DNA from: an uncultured Lachnospiraceae bacterium
Lineage (GTDB): Bacteria > Bacillota > Clostridia > Lachnospirales > Lachnospiraceae
Direction of reading: 5' to 3'
Assembly: GCA_964483545.1 (NCBI GenBank)
Contig: CAZACC010000001.1
Location: forward strand, 5,883 to 69,882
Length of the DNA stretch: 64,000 nucleotides
Of this stretch, positions 47,633 to 57,694 are shown piece by piece. The notes beneath the pieces are model-generated. The model made no database searches. It worked only from the letters and a program-made list of their open reading frames with translations, and had not been told where the DNA came from. The translations under genes and the position numbers were made by a program. Every line of letters begins with the position of its first letter. Positions within the stretch are counted from its first letter, which is position 1.

Positions 47633-49543
47633 ATGTTTGATATAGAAGAAGAGTTAAAAAAGCTGCCGCATAAACCAGGTGTTTATATCATGCATGATCA
47701 GGATGATGCAATTATATATGTAGGAAAGGCCATCATCCTGCGAAATCGTGTTCGTTCATATTTCCGTGAGAGTACAAATAAAACTGCAAAAATTCAAAAA
47801 ATGGTATCGTTAATCAAACGTTTTGAGTATATTGTGACAGACTCTGAGCTGGAAGCGCTGGTACTGGAAAACAATCTGATTAAAGAATACCAGCCAAAGT
47901 ATAATACCATGCTCAAGGATGACAAAACGTATCCTTATATCAAGGTCACCACAGGTGAAGAGTATCCTAGAGTGTTGATTACAAGAGAGCAGAAAAAGGA
48001 TAACGCCAAGTATTATGGACCCTATTCTGCAGTGGGCGCTGTAAAGGATACAGTGGAATTGCTAAGAAGATTATATAAGCTTCGTACCTGTACCAGAAAC
48101 TTTTCTGCAGGAACTGACTCAGGAAAACCCTGTCTGTATTATCATATCAATCAATGCAGTGCGCCATGTATTGGTGCAGTTTCAAAGGAAGACTACAGAG
48201 CAGCGATTGATCAGGCGGTAGATTTTCTCGGAGGAAACTATAAGCCGGTTCTTCAAGAACTAGAAAGAAAGATGGAGAAGGCATCTGAGGAAATGGATTA
48301 TGAGAAGGCAAAAGAGTACCGGGATCTGCTCTATAGTGTAAAGGGAGTGGCACAAAAGCAGAAGATTACCAATCACACTGGAGATGATAGGGATATCATA
48401 GCACTGGCAACAAACGAAAGTGCAGGGGTGATCCAGATCTTTTTTGTACGTGATGGGAAACTGATTGGACGGGAACATTTTTATATGACCAATATCGATG
48501 AGAACGATAGAGGAAAGATTATACAGGGATTTATCCAACAGTTTTATGCTGGTACACCCTTTATTCCGCGAGAGATGATGATCCAGGAGACGATAGAGGA
48601 TACAGAATTGATTGAGCAGTGGCTTAGCGAGCTGCGAGGGAAAAAGGTCAGAATCGTAGTTCCGCAAAAAGGTCAGAAGGAAAAGCTGGTTGAACTTGCA
48701 GCGCAGAATGCAGCAATTATACTCAAACAGGATGAAGACAAGCTAAAACGTGAGGTCAGCAAGACATCTGGTGCACTGCAGGAGATTGCAGATTTGCTGG
48801 ATATCAGAAGTGTTCATCGTATAGAAGCGTTTGATATTTCAAATATTAGTGGATATGAATCTGTTGGCTCCATGGTGGTATATGAAGGCGGTAAACCTAA
48901 AAGAAGTGATTATAGAAAGTTCAAGATTAAGTCAGTTCAAGGACCGAATGACTATGCAAGTATGGAAGAGGTATTGGGTCGCAGATTTGCACACGGTCTG
49001 CACGAGCTGGAGGAAATCAAGGGAAATACAAGTCATTCCATGAGTTTTTCAGCGGAGTCCGAGGTGGCAGAAGCAGTGCGATATGGTAATTTTACAAAGT
49101 TTCCCGATTTGATTATGATGGATGGAGGAAAAGGACAGGTTCATGTGGCAACAAAGGTTCTGGGAGAATTGGGACTAGATATTCCTGTATGTGGTATGGT
49201 CAAGGATGATCATCATAGGACAAGAGGGCTTTACTTCAATGACATTGAACTTCCGATAGACAGAGGGTCGGAGGGCTTTAAACTAATTACGAGGGTTCAG
49301 GATGAGGCACACAGATTTGCCATTGAGTATCACCGTTCACTGCGAACAAAAGGACAGGTACATTCGATTCTGGATGATATCCAAGGAGTCGGTGAGAAGC
49401 GTCGCAGAGCATTGATGAAGCACTTTGAATCTATTGATGATCTAAAGGAAGCTTCGGTTGATGATATTATAAAAGTTCCAAGTTTGAACCGTCCGGCAGC
49501 AGAACAAATCTATGCATTCTTTCATGAAAAGGCAGTAAAATAG
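47633..49543 (+). CDS. uvrC: excinuclease ABC subunit C
   Basis: GIY-YIG N-terminus ([21 protein letters not shown]), the UVR domain ([11 protein letters not shown]), and a C-terminal endonuclease/HhH region. Confidence 0.95.
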   Translation: MFDIEEELKKLPHKPGVYIMHDQDDAIIYVGKAIILRNRVRSYFRESTNKTAKIQKMVSLIKRFEYIVTDSELEALVLENNLIKEYQPKYNTMLKDDKTYPYIKVTTGEEYPRVLITREQKKDNAKYYGPYSAVGAVKDTVELLRRLYKLRTCTRNFSAGTDSGKPCLYYHINQCSAPCIGAVSKEDYRAAIDQAVDFLGGNYKPVLQELERKMEKASEEMDYEKAKEYRDLLYSVKGVAQKQKITNHTGDDRDIIALATNESAGVIQIFFVRDGKLIGREHFYMTNIDENDRGKIIQGFIQQFYAGTPFIPREMMIQETIEDTELIEQWLSELRGKKVRIVVPQKGQKEKLVELAAQNAAIILKQDEDKLKREVSKTSGALQEIADLLDIRSVHRIEAFDISNISGYESVGSMVVYEGGKPKRSDYRKFKIKSVQGPNDYASMEEVLGRRFAHGLHELEEIKGNTSHSMSFSAESEVAEAVRYGNFTKFPDLIMMDGGKGQVHVATKVLGELGLDIPVCGMVKDDHHRTRGLYFNDIELPIDRGSEGFKLITRVQDEAHRFAIEYHRSLRTKGQVHSILDDIQGVGEKRRRALMKHFESIDDLKEASVDDIIKVPSLNRPAAEQIYAFFHEKAVK

Positions 49544-49624
49544 AGAGGCAGGATGGTTGATGTTCAAAGTTTTGTATGTTATCATTAATAAAGTGGTCTA
49601 AAACAGACAAAGGAGAGATAGATT

Positions 49625-50572
49625 ATGGCAACAGTAGCGTTAACAAAGTTAATTGATAAGATGAAGCTTCAGAATCTGACACCAGATATTGATATTTCCA
49701 GTATCAAAATCACACAGCCGGATATTAATAGACCGGCATTGCAGTTAACTGGTTTTTTTGAGCATTTTGAGAGAGCTCGTGCTCAAATCATTGGTTTTGT
49801 CGAGTATACTTATATAGAAAAGATGGAAAATGATCGAAAACAGGAGATCTTTACGAAGATGATGGATGATGAGGTGGCGATTCCATGTTTCGTATTCTGT
49901 CGTGATTTGACACCAGATCCTTTGTTTTTAGATGTAGCAGTGAAACATGGTGTTCCTGTTTTAAGCACATCAAAGTCAACCTCTTCCTTTATGTCTGAGA
50001 TTATCAGATGGCTGAATGTAAAACTGGCACCTTGTATTTCAGTACATGGAGTATTGGTGGATGTATATGGCGAAGGTGTAATGATTACGGGCGAAAGTGG
50101 TATTGGTAAGAGCGAGGCTGCGCTGGAGTTGATCAAGAGAGGACATCGTTTGGTTACAGATGATGTGGTTGAGATCAGAAAGGTAAGCGATGATACACTG
50201 ATCGGGTCTGCACCAGATATTACACGGTATATGATCGAACTGAGAGGAATAGGAATCGTTGATGTAAAGACATTGTTTGGTGTCTCTTCCGTAAAGGATA
50301 CACAGGCTATTGATCTGGTTATCAAACTGGAGGAGTGGGATAAAGACAGGGAATACGATAGGATTGGTCTTGAAGAAGAGTATACAGAGTATCTGGGAAA
50401 TAAGATTGTATGTCATAGCATTCCAATCAGACCCGGACGTAATCTCGCGATTATCTGTGAATCAGCGGCCGTAAATTACAGACAGAAAAAGATGGGATAT
50501 AATGCTGCAAAAGAGCTATATACCCGTGTACAGAATTCTTTGAATAAAAGAAATGAAGAAGATGCAGAATAG
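49625..50572 (+). CDS. hprK: HPr kinase/phosphorylase
   Basis: HGVLVDVYGEGVMITGESGIGKSEAALELIKRGHRLVTDD and ELRGIGIVDV. Confidence 0.95.
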   Translation: MATVALTKLIDKMKLQNLTPDIDISSIKITQPDINRPALQLTGFFEHFERARAQIIGFVEYTYIEKMENDRKQEIFTKMMDDEVAIPCFVFCRDLTPDPLFLDVAVKHGVPVLSTSKSTSSFMSEIIRWLNVKLAPCISVHGVLVDVYGEGVMITGESGIGKSEAALELIKRGHRLVTDDVVEIRKVSDDTLIGSAPDITRYMIELRGIGIVDVKTLFGVSSVKDTQAIDLVIKLEEWDKDREYDRIGLEEEYTEYLGNKIVCHSIPIRPGRNLAIICESAAVNYRQKKMGYNAAKELYTRVQNSLNKRNEEDAE

Positions 50573-50580
50573 GAGAACGT

Positions 50581-51516
50581 ATGACGAGTCAGTATTGTTT
50601 TGGGATAGATGTGGGTGGAACGACAGTAAAAATGGGTCTTTTCAGCATCGAAGGAGAATTGCTGGATAACTGGGAGATTGTAACGAGAATAGAAAATGAG
50701 GGGGTTCATATTGTCCCAGATATTGCGGCTTCCATTTTGGCTAAGGTTGCAGAGAAGTCAATATCACGCGAGGAAATTGTTGGTGTTGGAATTGGGGTGC
50801 CGGGACCTGTAGATGACGATGGAATTGTTTATAAAACGGCAAACACAGGATGGGGAGTTTTTAATCTAAAAAAGGAACTGCAAGACCTTTTGAACATGAA
50901 TGTTAAGACAGGAAATGATGCAAATGTCGCAGCACTTGGAGAGATGTGGAAGGGTGGTGCACAGGGCTATCATAATGTTGTGCTTGTGACACTAGGTACT
51001 GGTGTTGGCGGAGGGATTATCATCAACGGAAAGATATTGACGGGTGCGACAGGAGCAGGCGGAGAGATTGGTCACATGCATATACAGGATGGTGAGCTGG
51101 AAAAATGCGGATGTGGTAATTATGGCTGCCTGGAGCAATATGCATCTGCAACAGGAGTTGTCAGATTGGCGAATAAAAAACTAGAGACCTGTGACAAACC
51201 ATCTGTTTTACGAAAAGGTGAGGTCAGCGCAAAGGCGATATTTGATGCTGTTAAAAGCGGTGACGCATTGGCAGCAGAGATTTTAGAGGAGTTTGGAGAG
51301 TATCTTGGAAAAGGTCTGGCTTTAGTTGGCGGAGTGTGTAACCCAGAGGTATTTGTACTGGGTGGAGGAGTCTCCAAGGCAGGTACAATGTTGATCGATT
51401 ATGTACAGAAGTATTATAAGAAGTATGTATTTAATGGTAGTAGTGAAGCAAAGTTTACTCTTGCAACACTGGGTAATAGTGCAGGTATCTATGGAGCAGC
51501 AAAGATGGTACTATAA
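50581..51516 (+). CDS. glcK: ROK family glucokinase
   Basis: GIDVGGTTVK, NDANVAALGE and the zinc motif GHMHI..CGCGNYGCLEQYAS. Confidence 0.85.
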   Translation: MTSQYCFGIDVGGTTVKMGLFSIEGELLDNWEIVTRIENEGVHIVPDIAASILAKVAEKSISREEIVGVGIGVPGPVDDDGIVYKTANTGWGVFNLKKELQDLLNMNVKTGNDANVAALGEMWKGGAQGYHNVVLVTLGTGVGGGIIINGKILTGATGAGGEIGHMHIQDGELEKCGCGNYGCLEQYASATGVVRLANKKLETCDKPSVLRKGEVSAKAIFDAVKSGDALAAEILEEFGEYLGKGLALVGGVCNPEVFVLGGGVSKAGTMLIDYVQKYYKKYVFNGSSEAKFTLATLGNSAGIYGAAKMVL

Positions 51517-51538
51517 AAAAGAAATCAGGAGAGCAGAT

Positions 51539-52453
51539 TTGAGACAGGAATCATTAGAGCTGATACGTCAGATCTTACAACCATCAGATTTATTATTAGA
51601 TGAACCGATGAAAAATCATACGACCTTTCGGGCAGGCGGAAATGCTGCTGTGTTTTTGACACCAGAAAACGAGGAACAGCTGTCAAAGGTACTGCAGATT
51701 CTTCGAGAGAAAAATGAGGATTATTATATTCTCGGCAAGGGTAGTAATTTGCTAGTTAGTGACAGAGGATATGCAGGTACCGTAATACAAATTAATGAAA
51801 ATATGAGCTTTATACGGTTTACGGATACCGTTATGGAGGTATCGGCAGGAGTGCTTTTATCACAGGCAGCGTCTGCGGCATGTGAACATGAGCTGACTGG
51901 CATGGAATTTGCATCTGGTATTCCAGGCACTCTGGGCGGTGCTGTCGTTATGAATGCAGGGGCATACGGCGAAGAAATGAAACAGATTGTGAAGTCTGTG
52001 AGAGTGTTACAGGATAATGGACAGATTATGACCCTCGGCTGTGAGGATATGGAATTTGGTTATAGAACCAGTCTGATTAAAAAAAGACCCTATATCGTGC
52101 TGAGTGCAGAACTGCAGCTGATTCTCGGTGAACAGAATCAAATCAGAGAAAGAATGAATGAGTTGAAAACAAAGCGTATAGAGAAGCAGCCGCTGGAATA
52201 TCCGAGTGCTGGAAGCACTTTTAAAAGACCAGAGGGATATTTCGCAGGCAAACTGATTATGGATGCAGGACTTCAAGGACATCAGATAGGGGGAGCACAG
52301 GTGTCAGAGAAGCATTGTGGCTTTATTATCAATCGCAAGGATGCCACAGCTTCGGAGATTATAATGTTGATTCGCTATGTAGTACAGGAGGTGAACAGGC
52401 AGTTCGGAGTGACGCTGGAGCCGGAGGTCTGTATGTTGGGAGAGTTTGACTAA
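51539..52453 (+). CDS. murB: UDP-N-acetylenolpyruvoylglucosamine reductase
   Basis: The ORF opens at 51401 inside glcK. I prefer the in-frame TTG at 51539 after AGGAGA. HTTFRAGG, GKGSNLL, GSTFKRP. Confidence 0.85.
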   Translation: MRQESLELIRQILQPSDLLLDEPMKNHTTFRAGGNAAVFLTPENEEQLSKVLQILREKNEDYYILGKGSNLLVSDRGYAGTVIQINENMSFIRFTDTVMEVSAGVLLSQAASAACEHELTGMEFASGIPGTLGGAVVMNAGAYGEEMKQIVKSVRVLQDNGQIMTLGCEDMEFGYRTSLIKKRPYIVLSAELQLILGEQNQIRERMNELKTKRIEKQPLEYPSAGSTFKRPEGYFAGKLIMDAGLQGHQIGGAQVSEKHCGFIINRKDATASEIIMLIRYVVQEVNRQFGVTLEPEVCMLGEFD

Positions 52454-52465
52454 GGAGCTGCAAAT

Positions 52466-53338
52466 ATGAGATTTGTGATTGTAACAGGGATGTCAGGAGC
52501 GGGAAAGAGCACGGCGTTAAAGATGCTGGAGGATGTAGGATACTACTGTGTGGATAATCTGCCAGTACCCTTGATTGAGAAATTCTCAGAATTGGTTTCC
52601 ATGCCAAACAGTGAGACGGAAAAGGTCGCATTGGGCGTCGATGTACGTACGGGACAGGCATTTGAAGAATTAGCAAAGGTATTGGACAGCATGAAGACGG
52701 CGGGATTTCCGTACGAAGTGCTGTTTTTTGAGTCCTCTGACGAGGTGCTGATGAAGAGATATAAGGAGACAAGACGCAGTCACCCGCTGGCGGCAGGAGG
52801 ACGGATTGATCAGGGAATCAAAAGAGAAAGAGCCAAGCTGAGTGATATTAAAAAGCGGGCTGACTATATACTGGATACCAGCCAACTGCTGACACGCGAA
52901 TTAAAAGCAGAGCTGGAACGGATATTTGTGTGCAATCAGAATTATAACAGTTTGTACATCACGATTTTATCTTTTGGATTTAAGTATGGGATTCCAACAG
53001 ATTCCGATCTGGTGTTTGATGTGAGATTTTTGCCGAATCCTTATTATTTTGATGAAATGAAACATAAAACAGGAAATGATGAGATTGTAAGAAATTATGT
53101 CATGAATTTTAAAGAGGCAGGTATTTTTCTAGAAAAACTGGAAGATATGCTGCAGTTTTTAATACCAAACTATATTCTAGAGGGGAAGAACCAGCTGATC
53201 ATATCCATAGGATGTACTGGTGGTAAACACAGAAGTGTAACACTGGCAAATGAGTTATACCAGCGGATTAAGGACAAAGGTGACTATGGACTGAGAGTCG
53301 AGCATAAAGATATTATGAAGGACGCATTGAGAAAATAA
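52466..53338 (+). CDS. rapZ: RNase adapter protein RapZ (YvcJ family)
   Basis: VTGMSGAGKSTALK Walker A, RFLPNPY, GCTGGKHRSV. Confidence 0.9.
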   Translation: MRFVIVTGMSGAGKSTALKMLEDVGYYCVDNLPVPLIEKFSELVSMPNSETEKVALGVDVRTGQAFEELAKVLDSMKTAGFPYEVLFFESSDEVLMKRYKETRRSHPLAAGGRIDQGIKRERAKLSDIKKRADYILDTSQLLTRELKAELERIFVCNQNYNSLYITILSFGFKYGIPTDSDLVFDVRFLPNPYYFDEMKHKTGNDEIVRNYVMNFKEAGIFLEKLEDMLQFLIPNYILEGKNQLIISIGCTGGKHRSVTLANELYQRIKDKGDYGLRVEHKDIMKDALRK

Positions 53339-53354
53339 CAAGAGAGGTGACACG

Positions 53355-54404
53355 ATGTCCTTTTCAGGTACTGTCAAGGAAGAACTCTCAAAACAGATAG
53401 GGACTTCGAGACATTGTATGATCGCTGAAACCGCTGCAATGATTATGTGTTGCGGAAAAATCAGTGAGGAGTCAACAGGTGGTTATTGCATTAGAATGCA
53501 AACAGAGAAAATACTCGTTGCTAGAAAAGTCTTTACATTACTTCGAAAAACATATAATATATATACGAATGTTTGCGTGAGAACACATGCAAGAGTCGGC
53601 AAGAGTCCTGTATATGAGGTATCTGTCAATGAACCAGAGGATGTAAAGAAGGTTCTGATGGCAATCAAGTATATGGATGAGCAAGGAAGACTGCTGACAG
53701 CGGACAGGTGTATCAATTCGATGATTATTCAGCAGACATGTTGCAGACGCGCATTTATACGAGGTTGTTTTTTGTCAGCTGGTTCGATTAGCAATCCAGA
53801 AAAATCCTATCACTTTGAGATTGTATGTGAAACACAGGAGATGGCAGAGCAGATCAGAGATGTAATTAATACCTTTTCACTGGATGCCAAAACGGTTCAG
53901 AGAAAGAGATACTATGTTGTATATCTTAAAGAAGGTGCACAGATTGTTGAAGTTTTGAATATTATGGGGGCGCATATTGCACTGATGGATCTGGAAAATA
54001 TGCGTATTGTGAAGGAAGTAAGGAATTCGGTCAACAGACGGGTGAACTGTGAGACTGCAAATATTGGAAAGACGGTATCTGCTGCGGTCAAACAGATGGA
54101 GGATATACAATATCTGATGGATATGTCTGAGTTTGGAAATCTTCCGTTGGGTCTGCGTGAGATAGCACAGGCAAGAATGGACGATCCGAATGCAACACTT
54201 GCAGAACTGGGGGAATCATTAACTCCTGCTATTGGTAAGTCAGGAGTCAACCATAGATTGAGGAAATTAAGTGAACTAGCGGACAGACTGAGAGGTCAAA
54301 AGGAGGAGCATTATTATGATTCAGAAGCCAATATCAATTCAATTAGAGAACGGACTGGAGGCAAGACCAGTGGCAGTATTGGTACAGGTAGCAAGCCAGT
54401 ATGA
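53355..54404 (+). CDS. whiA: DNA-binding protein WhiA
   Basis: MSFSGTVKEEL N-terminus, RRAFIRGCFLSAGSISNPEKSYHFE, and a C-terminal HTH (KSGVNHRLRKL). Its last about 30 codons overlap the next gene. Confidence 0.9.
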   Translation: MSFSGTVKEELSKQIGTSRHCMIAETAAMIMCCGKISEESTGGYCIRMQTEKILVARKVFTLLRKTYNIYTNVCVRTHARVGKSPVYEVSVNEPEDVKKVLMAIKYMDEQGRLLTADRCINSMIIQQTCCRRAFIRGCFLSAGSISNPEKSYHFEIVCETQEMAEQIRDVINTFSLDAKTVQRKRYYVVYLKEGAQIVEVLNIMGAHIALMDLENMRIVKEVRNSVNRRVNCETANIGKTVSAAVKQMEDIQYLMDMSEFGNLPLGLREIAQARMDDPNATLAELGESLTPAIGKSGVNHRLRKLSELADRLRGQKEEHYYDSEANINSIRERTGGKTSGSIGTGSKPV

Positions 54405-54570
54405 TAGCGTAATCTATATTGAGGCTGAAGGGAAAAGAGTGAATGCAAAAAGCATTATGGGAATGATGTCACTCGGAATGGCAAATGGTGAGATCCTGAA
54501 TGTATCGGCAGATGGGGCAGATGAACAGGCCGCCATGGAGGGAATTGAGGATTATCTGAGCGGAAAGTAA
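54316..54570 (+). CDS. crh: HPr-family protein lacking His15 (Crh-like)
   Basis: AGGAGG RBS. The protein is MIQKPISIQLENGLEARPVAVLVQ..VNAKSIMGMMSLG. The Ser46 region is conserved, and the His15 position is Glu. Confidence 0.8.
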   Translation: MIQKPISIQLENGLEARPVAVLVQVASQYDSVIYIEAEGKRVNAKSIMGMMSLGMANGEILNVSADGADEQAAMEGIEDYLSGK

Positions 54571-54577
54571 TAGGAAT

Positions 54578-55495
54578 ATGAAAAATCGAAAACTGTTTTT
54601 TATTTATAATCCACGTGCGGGAAAAGGTCAGATTAAAAATCATATAGTTCGTATACTTGATATTTTTGCGAAAGAAGGTTATGAGATCACAATATATCCT
54701 ACTAAATATCCTGGAGATGCTATTACTGCAGTGCAGAATGTGACAGAGGGTTATGATTTATGCGTATGCAGCGGCGGTGACGGGACATTGGATGAAGTAG
54801 TGACAGGCATGATGAAACGGGACAATAAATTGCCGATAGGATATATTCCAGCAGGGAGTACGAATGACTTTGCAAATAGCTTGAAAATACCTAAAACAAT
54901 GGAAAAGGCAGCGGAAGTAGTAGTGCGGGGTTATCGTTTCCCATGTGACATAGGATCTTTTAATGACGATGTATTTGCCTATATTGCAGCATTTGGTCTG
55001 TTTACAGATGTTTCTTACGGTACGCCTCAGGAAATCAAGAATCTTCTAGGACATATGGCTTATCTGTTGGAAGGCATGAGAAGACTGCCTGCTGTGAATA
55101 GTGCCTGTCGCTTAAGAGTGGAGAGTAATGGAAAACAGATTGAAGAGGATTTTATTTTTGGTATGGTCACAAATTCCTATTCAGTGGGAGGTTTTAAAAG
55201 TATTACAGGTAAATATGTGAAACTCAACGACGGACTATTTGAAGTCACCTTGATCAAACGTCCCCAGAATCCACTGGAAATGCAGGGAATCATGACCGCT
55301 CTGCTGGCACAGGAAACAGATGAAAGGTATATGTATAGTTTTAAAACAAAGGAAATTATCATAGAGGCACAGAAGAAGATTCCATGGACTTTAGATGGTG
55401 AGTTTGGTGGTGAGCATAAGAAAGTTCAAATCAGAAATAACAGAGAAACACTAGAATTCATCGTTCCAGAAAGAAAAATGAAAATACTCCCATAA
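54578..55495 (+). CDS. diacylglycerol kinase family lipid kinase (YegS/DagK-like)
   Basis: NPRAGKG and CSGGDGTLDEVV motifs. Confidence 0.85.
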   Translation: MKNRKLFFIYNPRAGKGQIKNHIVRILDIFAKEGYEITIYPTKYPGDAITAVQNVTEGYDLCVCSGGDGTLDEVVTGMMKRDNKLPIGYIPAGSTNDFANSLKIPKTMEKAAEVVVRGYRFPCDIGSFNDDVFAYIAAFGLFTDVSYGTPQEIKNLLGHMAYLLEGMRRLPAVNSACRLRVESNGKQIEEDFIFGMVTNSYSVGGFKSITGKYVKLNDGLFEVTLIKRPQNPLEMQGIMTALLAQETDERYMYSFKTKEIIIEAQKKIPWTLDGEFGGEHKKVQIRNNRETLEFIVPERKMKILP

Positions 55496-55503
55496 AAGGG
55501 AGG

Positions 55504-55530
55504 ATGCCAAGCGACCGGGTCACTTGGCAT
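55504..55530 (+). terminator. terminator after the lipid kinase gene
   Basis: ATGCCAAGCGAC, a 3-nt loop, then GTCACTTGGCAT (one mismatch), followed by TTATT. Confidence 0.55.
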
Positions 55531-55688
55531 TTATTATGAAAAAGTATTAAAATAGTAATGTTACTATGAGTTTGGCTTTTTGATTTCGTTCTTATTTGTT
55601 TATGTACTTAGTATAGTTCACATAAATGGATAAACAATGTTATGTAAATGAACTTTATTAAAATGATTTATGAATAATTTATGAACAA

Positions 55689-55723
55689 GTCAGGGGTTTC
55701 TCACGCAGTGAGAAACCCCTGAC
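55689..55723 (-). terminator. terminator after the cyclophilin gene
   Basis: Perfect 16-bp stem GTCAGGGGTTTCTCAC / GTGAGAAACCCCTGAC with a 3-nt loop, 18 nt past the stop. Confidence 0.65.
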
Positions 55724-55740
55724 AGATGAGGAGAGAGTTC

Positions 55741-56265
55741 TCACGCCTTTGTTGGCTCTGGGTATTCTACTCCAAAGGTTTCAATGGTCATAGATTTAAC
55801 TTTCTGTTCTTGAACGGGTTTGTCAGAATAGTCTACCTGTACGGACGCGATTTTATCTACGATATCCAATCCCTCTGTAACCTTGCCAAATGCAGCATAG
55901 GCTCCATCCAGATGTGGAGAGGTCTTGTGCATCAAGAAAAACTGTGATCCTGCTGAATCAGGATGTGCACTTCTTGCCATAGATAATACTCCGGGATCAT
56001 GTGCGAGATCGTTTTGAAAGCCATTTTGTGAGAACTCGCCTGGAATGTTGTATCCTGGACCGTCATATCCTGTGCCTGAGGGACAACCTCCTTGAATCAT
56101 GAAGCCATTGATGACTCTGTGAAAAATGAGACCATCATAGAATCCTTTTGAAACAAGACTGATAAAATTATTGACTGTGTTGGGAGCGATATCAGGATAA
56201 AGCTCCGCTTTCATCATATCTCCGTTTTCCATTGTAATCGTAACGATTGGGTTTTGTGAAATCAT
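55741..56265 (-). CDS. peptidylprolyl isomerase, cyclophilin type
   Basis: Start trimmed to MISQNPIV after GGAGGAA. FHRVINGFMIQGG and SMARSAHPDSAGSQFF. Confidence 0.9.
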   Translation of the reverse strand: MISQNPIVTITMENGDMMKAELYPDIAPNTVNNFISLVSKGFYDGLIFHRVINGFMIQGGCPSGTGYDGPGYNIPGEFSQNGFQNDLAHDPGVLSMARSAHPDSAGSQFFLMHKTSPHLDGAYAAFGKVTEGLDIVDKIASVQVDYSDKPVQEQKVKSMTIETFGVEYPEPTKA

Positions 56266-56439
56266 TGTAATTCCTCCATATAATTGATTTAAAATAAAAA
56301 GTGCTTTGTTTATTGTAACGAAATGTGGTAAGATAGTAAAGAAAAATTCCTCCGATTTAGGGATAAATGAAGGAAATTTTATATAATGAATGTAAATGTA
56401 TAAGTTGAGCCAAAGAGCTGGATACAGAAAGAGGCATTT

Positions 56440-57003
56440 ATGGGACATATGATATTTCAACTGCCGACAATTCATAAGGAGAATTATTTTACTACAGAGG
56501 TGATTGTTTTTGCAATTTCTGTGCTTGTACTAATTATCGGAATTCTTCTATGTCTATGGGGATATAAGTATTTTCAAACATTAGCTGTTATTATACTGGG
56601 ATGCCTATCAGGCTATGTAGGAATCAAATTAACAGATCATCTGACCAATAGTCCTATTATTAAGATGTTTATCTTTACAATTTTTACATTTTTAGGATGT
56701 TGTCTCTTTTATTTTCTATCTATTCTGATTGATGGCTTTCTGAAGATGATTCATTTGAAGAAGGGAATTGCTGGAAAGATGTATATATTGTCAAGTTTAT
56801 TAGGGGCCGCACTGATTGCTTTCATAGTATACCGTATGGTATACGACGGCTGGATAATTTGTGTGATTATTTTTGTTCTCTTTGCAGTTATGGGGATGAT
56901 TTATCAGAAGATTAAAAAGGCATCAAGACCTGAGTTCCACTGTTATGAAGATATCTTCAAGATGAAACCGTTACCAAAAGAGGAGAATAAACAGAATGCT
57001 TGA
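56440..57003 (+). CDS. polytopic membrane protein of unknown function (first gene of the VTC/CotH operon)
   Basis: About 5 hydrophobic helices and an AAGAGG RBS. It overlaps the VTC gene by 8 nt. Confidence 0.5.
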   Translation: MGHMIFQLPTIHKENYFTTEVIVFAISVLVLIIGILLCLWGYKYFQTLAVIILGCLSGYVGIKLTDHLTNSPIIKMFIFTIFTFLGCCLFYFLSILIDGFLKMIHLKKGIAGKMYILSSLLGAALIAFIVYRMVYDGWIICVIIFVLFAVMGMIYQKIKKASRPEFHCYEDIFKMKPLPKEENKQNA

Positions 57004-57691
57004 CGTATATAGAAAAGAGCTGAAATATCTGATTGATCCGATGGAAATGGTGAGAATGAAATCTGTTCTAGACAAGATTATGAGCAGCGATAGTCATAAC
57101 GGAGTGAATGGATACCGTGTTCGCTCATTATATTTTGATACATTGTTGGATTCGGATTTTGAGGAAAAACTAGCAGGTTATGATTCCAGACAGAAAATCA
57201 GAATTCGTGTTTATGATGGAAACAGTCAGGTATATAAGCTGGAATTGAAGGCAAAAGAAAAAGATATGCAGAGAAAAATATCGCTTCTCTTATCAAGGGA
57301 GGAGACAGAATCCATGATGCGGGCAGACTATTCCTTTCTGCTGGATCGACCTGAAAAACCTGCATCGTCTCTTTATATAAAACTGATTATGCACAGCTAT
57401 CGACCCAAATGTATTGTTGAATATGATCGATATGCATATATAAGAAATACAAACAACATTAGGATCACATTTGACATGAACCTGAGGGCGACAGAAAGCA
57501 ATCTGAACCTGCTGGACGAGAATCTGATTTTATATCCAGTGTGCAGACCAGGTGAGATTACAATGGAAGTAAAGTATGACAAGTTTCTATTTTCTTTTAT
57601 CAAAAATGCAATCAAACAGATTGATCGAACACAAATTTCTAACAGTAAATACTGCAAGGCCAGAAAAATTTCCAAGAAGGGAAGAATTTAA
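56996..57691 (+). CDS. VTC-domain protein (triphosphate-tunnel / polyphosphate-polymerase-like)
   Basis: Alternating charged beta-strand motifs of the tunnel fold are present: RKELKYLI, YRVRSLYFDT, KIRIRVY, YKLELKAKE, ITMEVKYD. The size (231 aa) is typical of bacterial VTC-domain proteins. Confidence 0.65.
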   Translation: MLDVYRKELKYLIDPMEMVRMKSVLDKIMSSDSHNGVNGYRVRSLYFDTLLDSDFEEKLAGYDSRQKIRIRVYDGNSQVYKLELKAKEKDMQRKISLLLSREETESMMRADYSFLLDRPEKPASSLYIKLIMHSYRPKCIVEYDRYAYIRNTNNIRITFDMNLRATESNLNLLDENLILYPVCRPGEITMEVKYDKFLFSFIKNAIKQIDRTQISNSKYCKARKISKKGRI

Positions 57692-57694
57692 CTT

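Noticed and set aside
49810-50325. 171-aa antisense ORF inside hprK. Similar long antisense ORFs occur at 11124..11570, 42340..42747, 36732..37112, 48260..48667 and 39543..39914.
   Set aside because: Each lies fully within a strongly supported gene on the other strand, has low-complexity Ser/Ile/Thr-rich composition and no RBS. They are typical shadow ORFs.
51401-51538. N-terminal extension of murB overlapping the end of glcK.
   Set aside because: The extension is out of character for MurB and lies inside glcK. An in-frame TTG at 51539 follows an AGGAGA RBS just after the glcK stop.
56266-56475. 70-codon N-terminal extension of the cyclophilin ORF.
   Set aside because: The extension covers the divergent promoter region and overlaps the start of the 56440 gene. 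The internal ATG at 56265 has a GGAGGAA RBS and gives a normal 174-aa cyclophilin.
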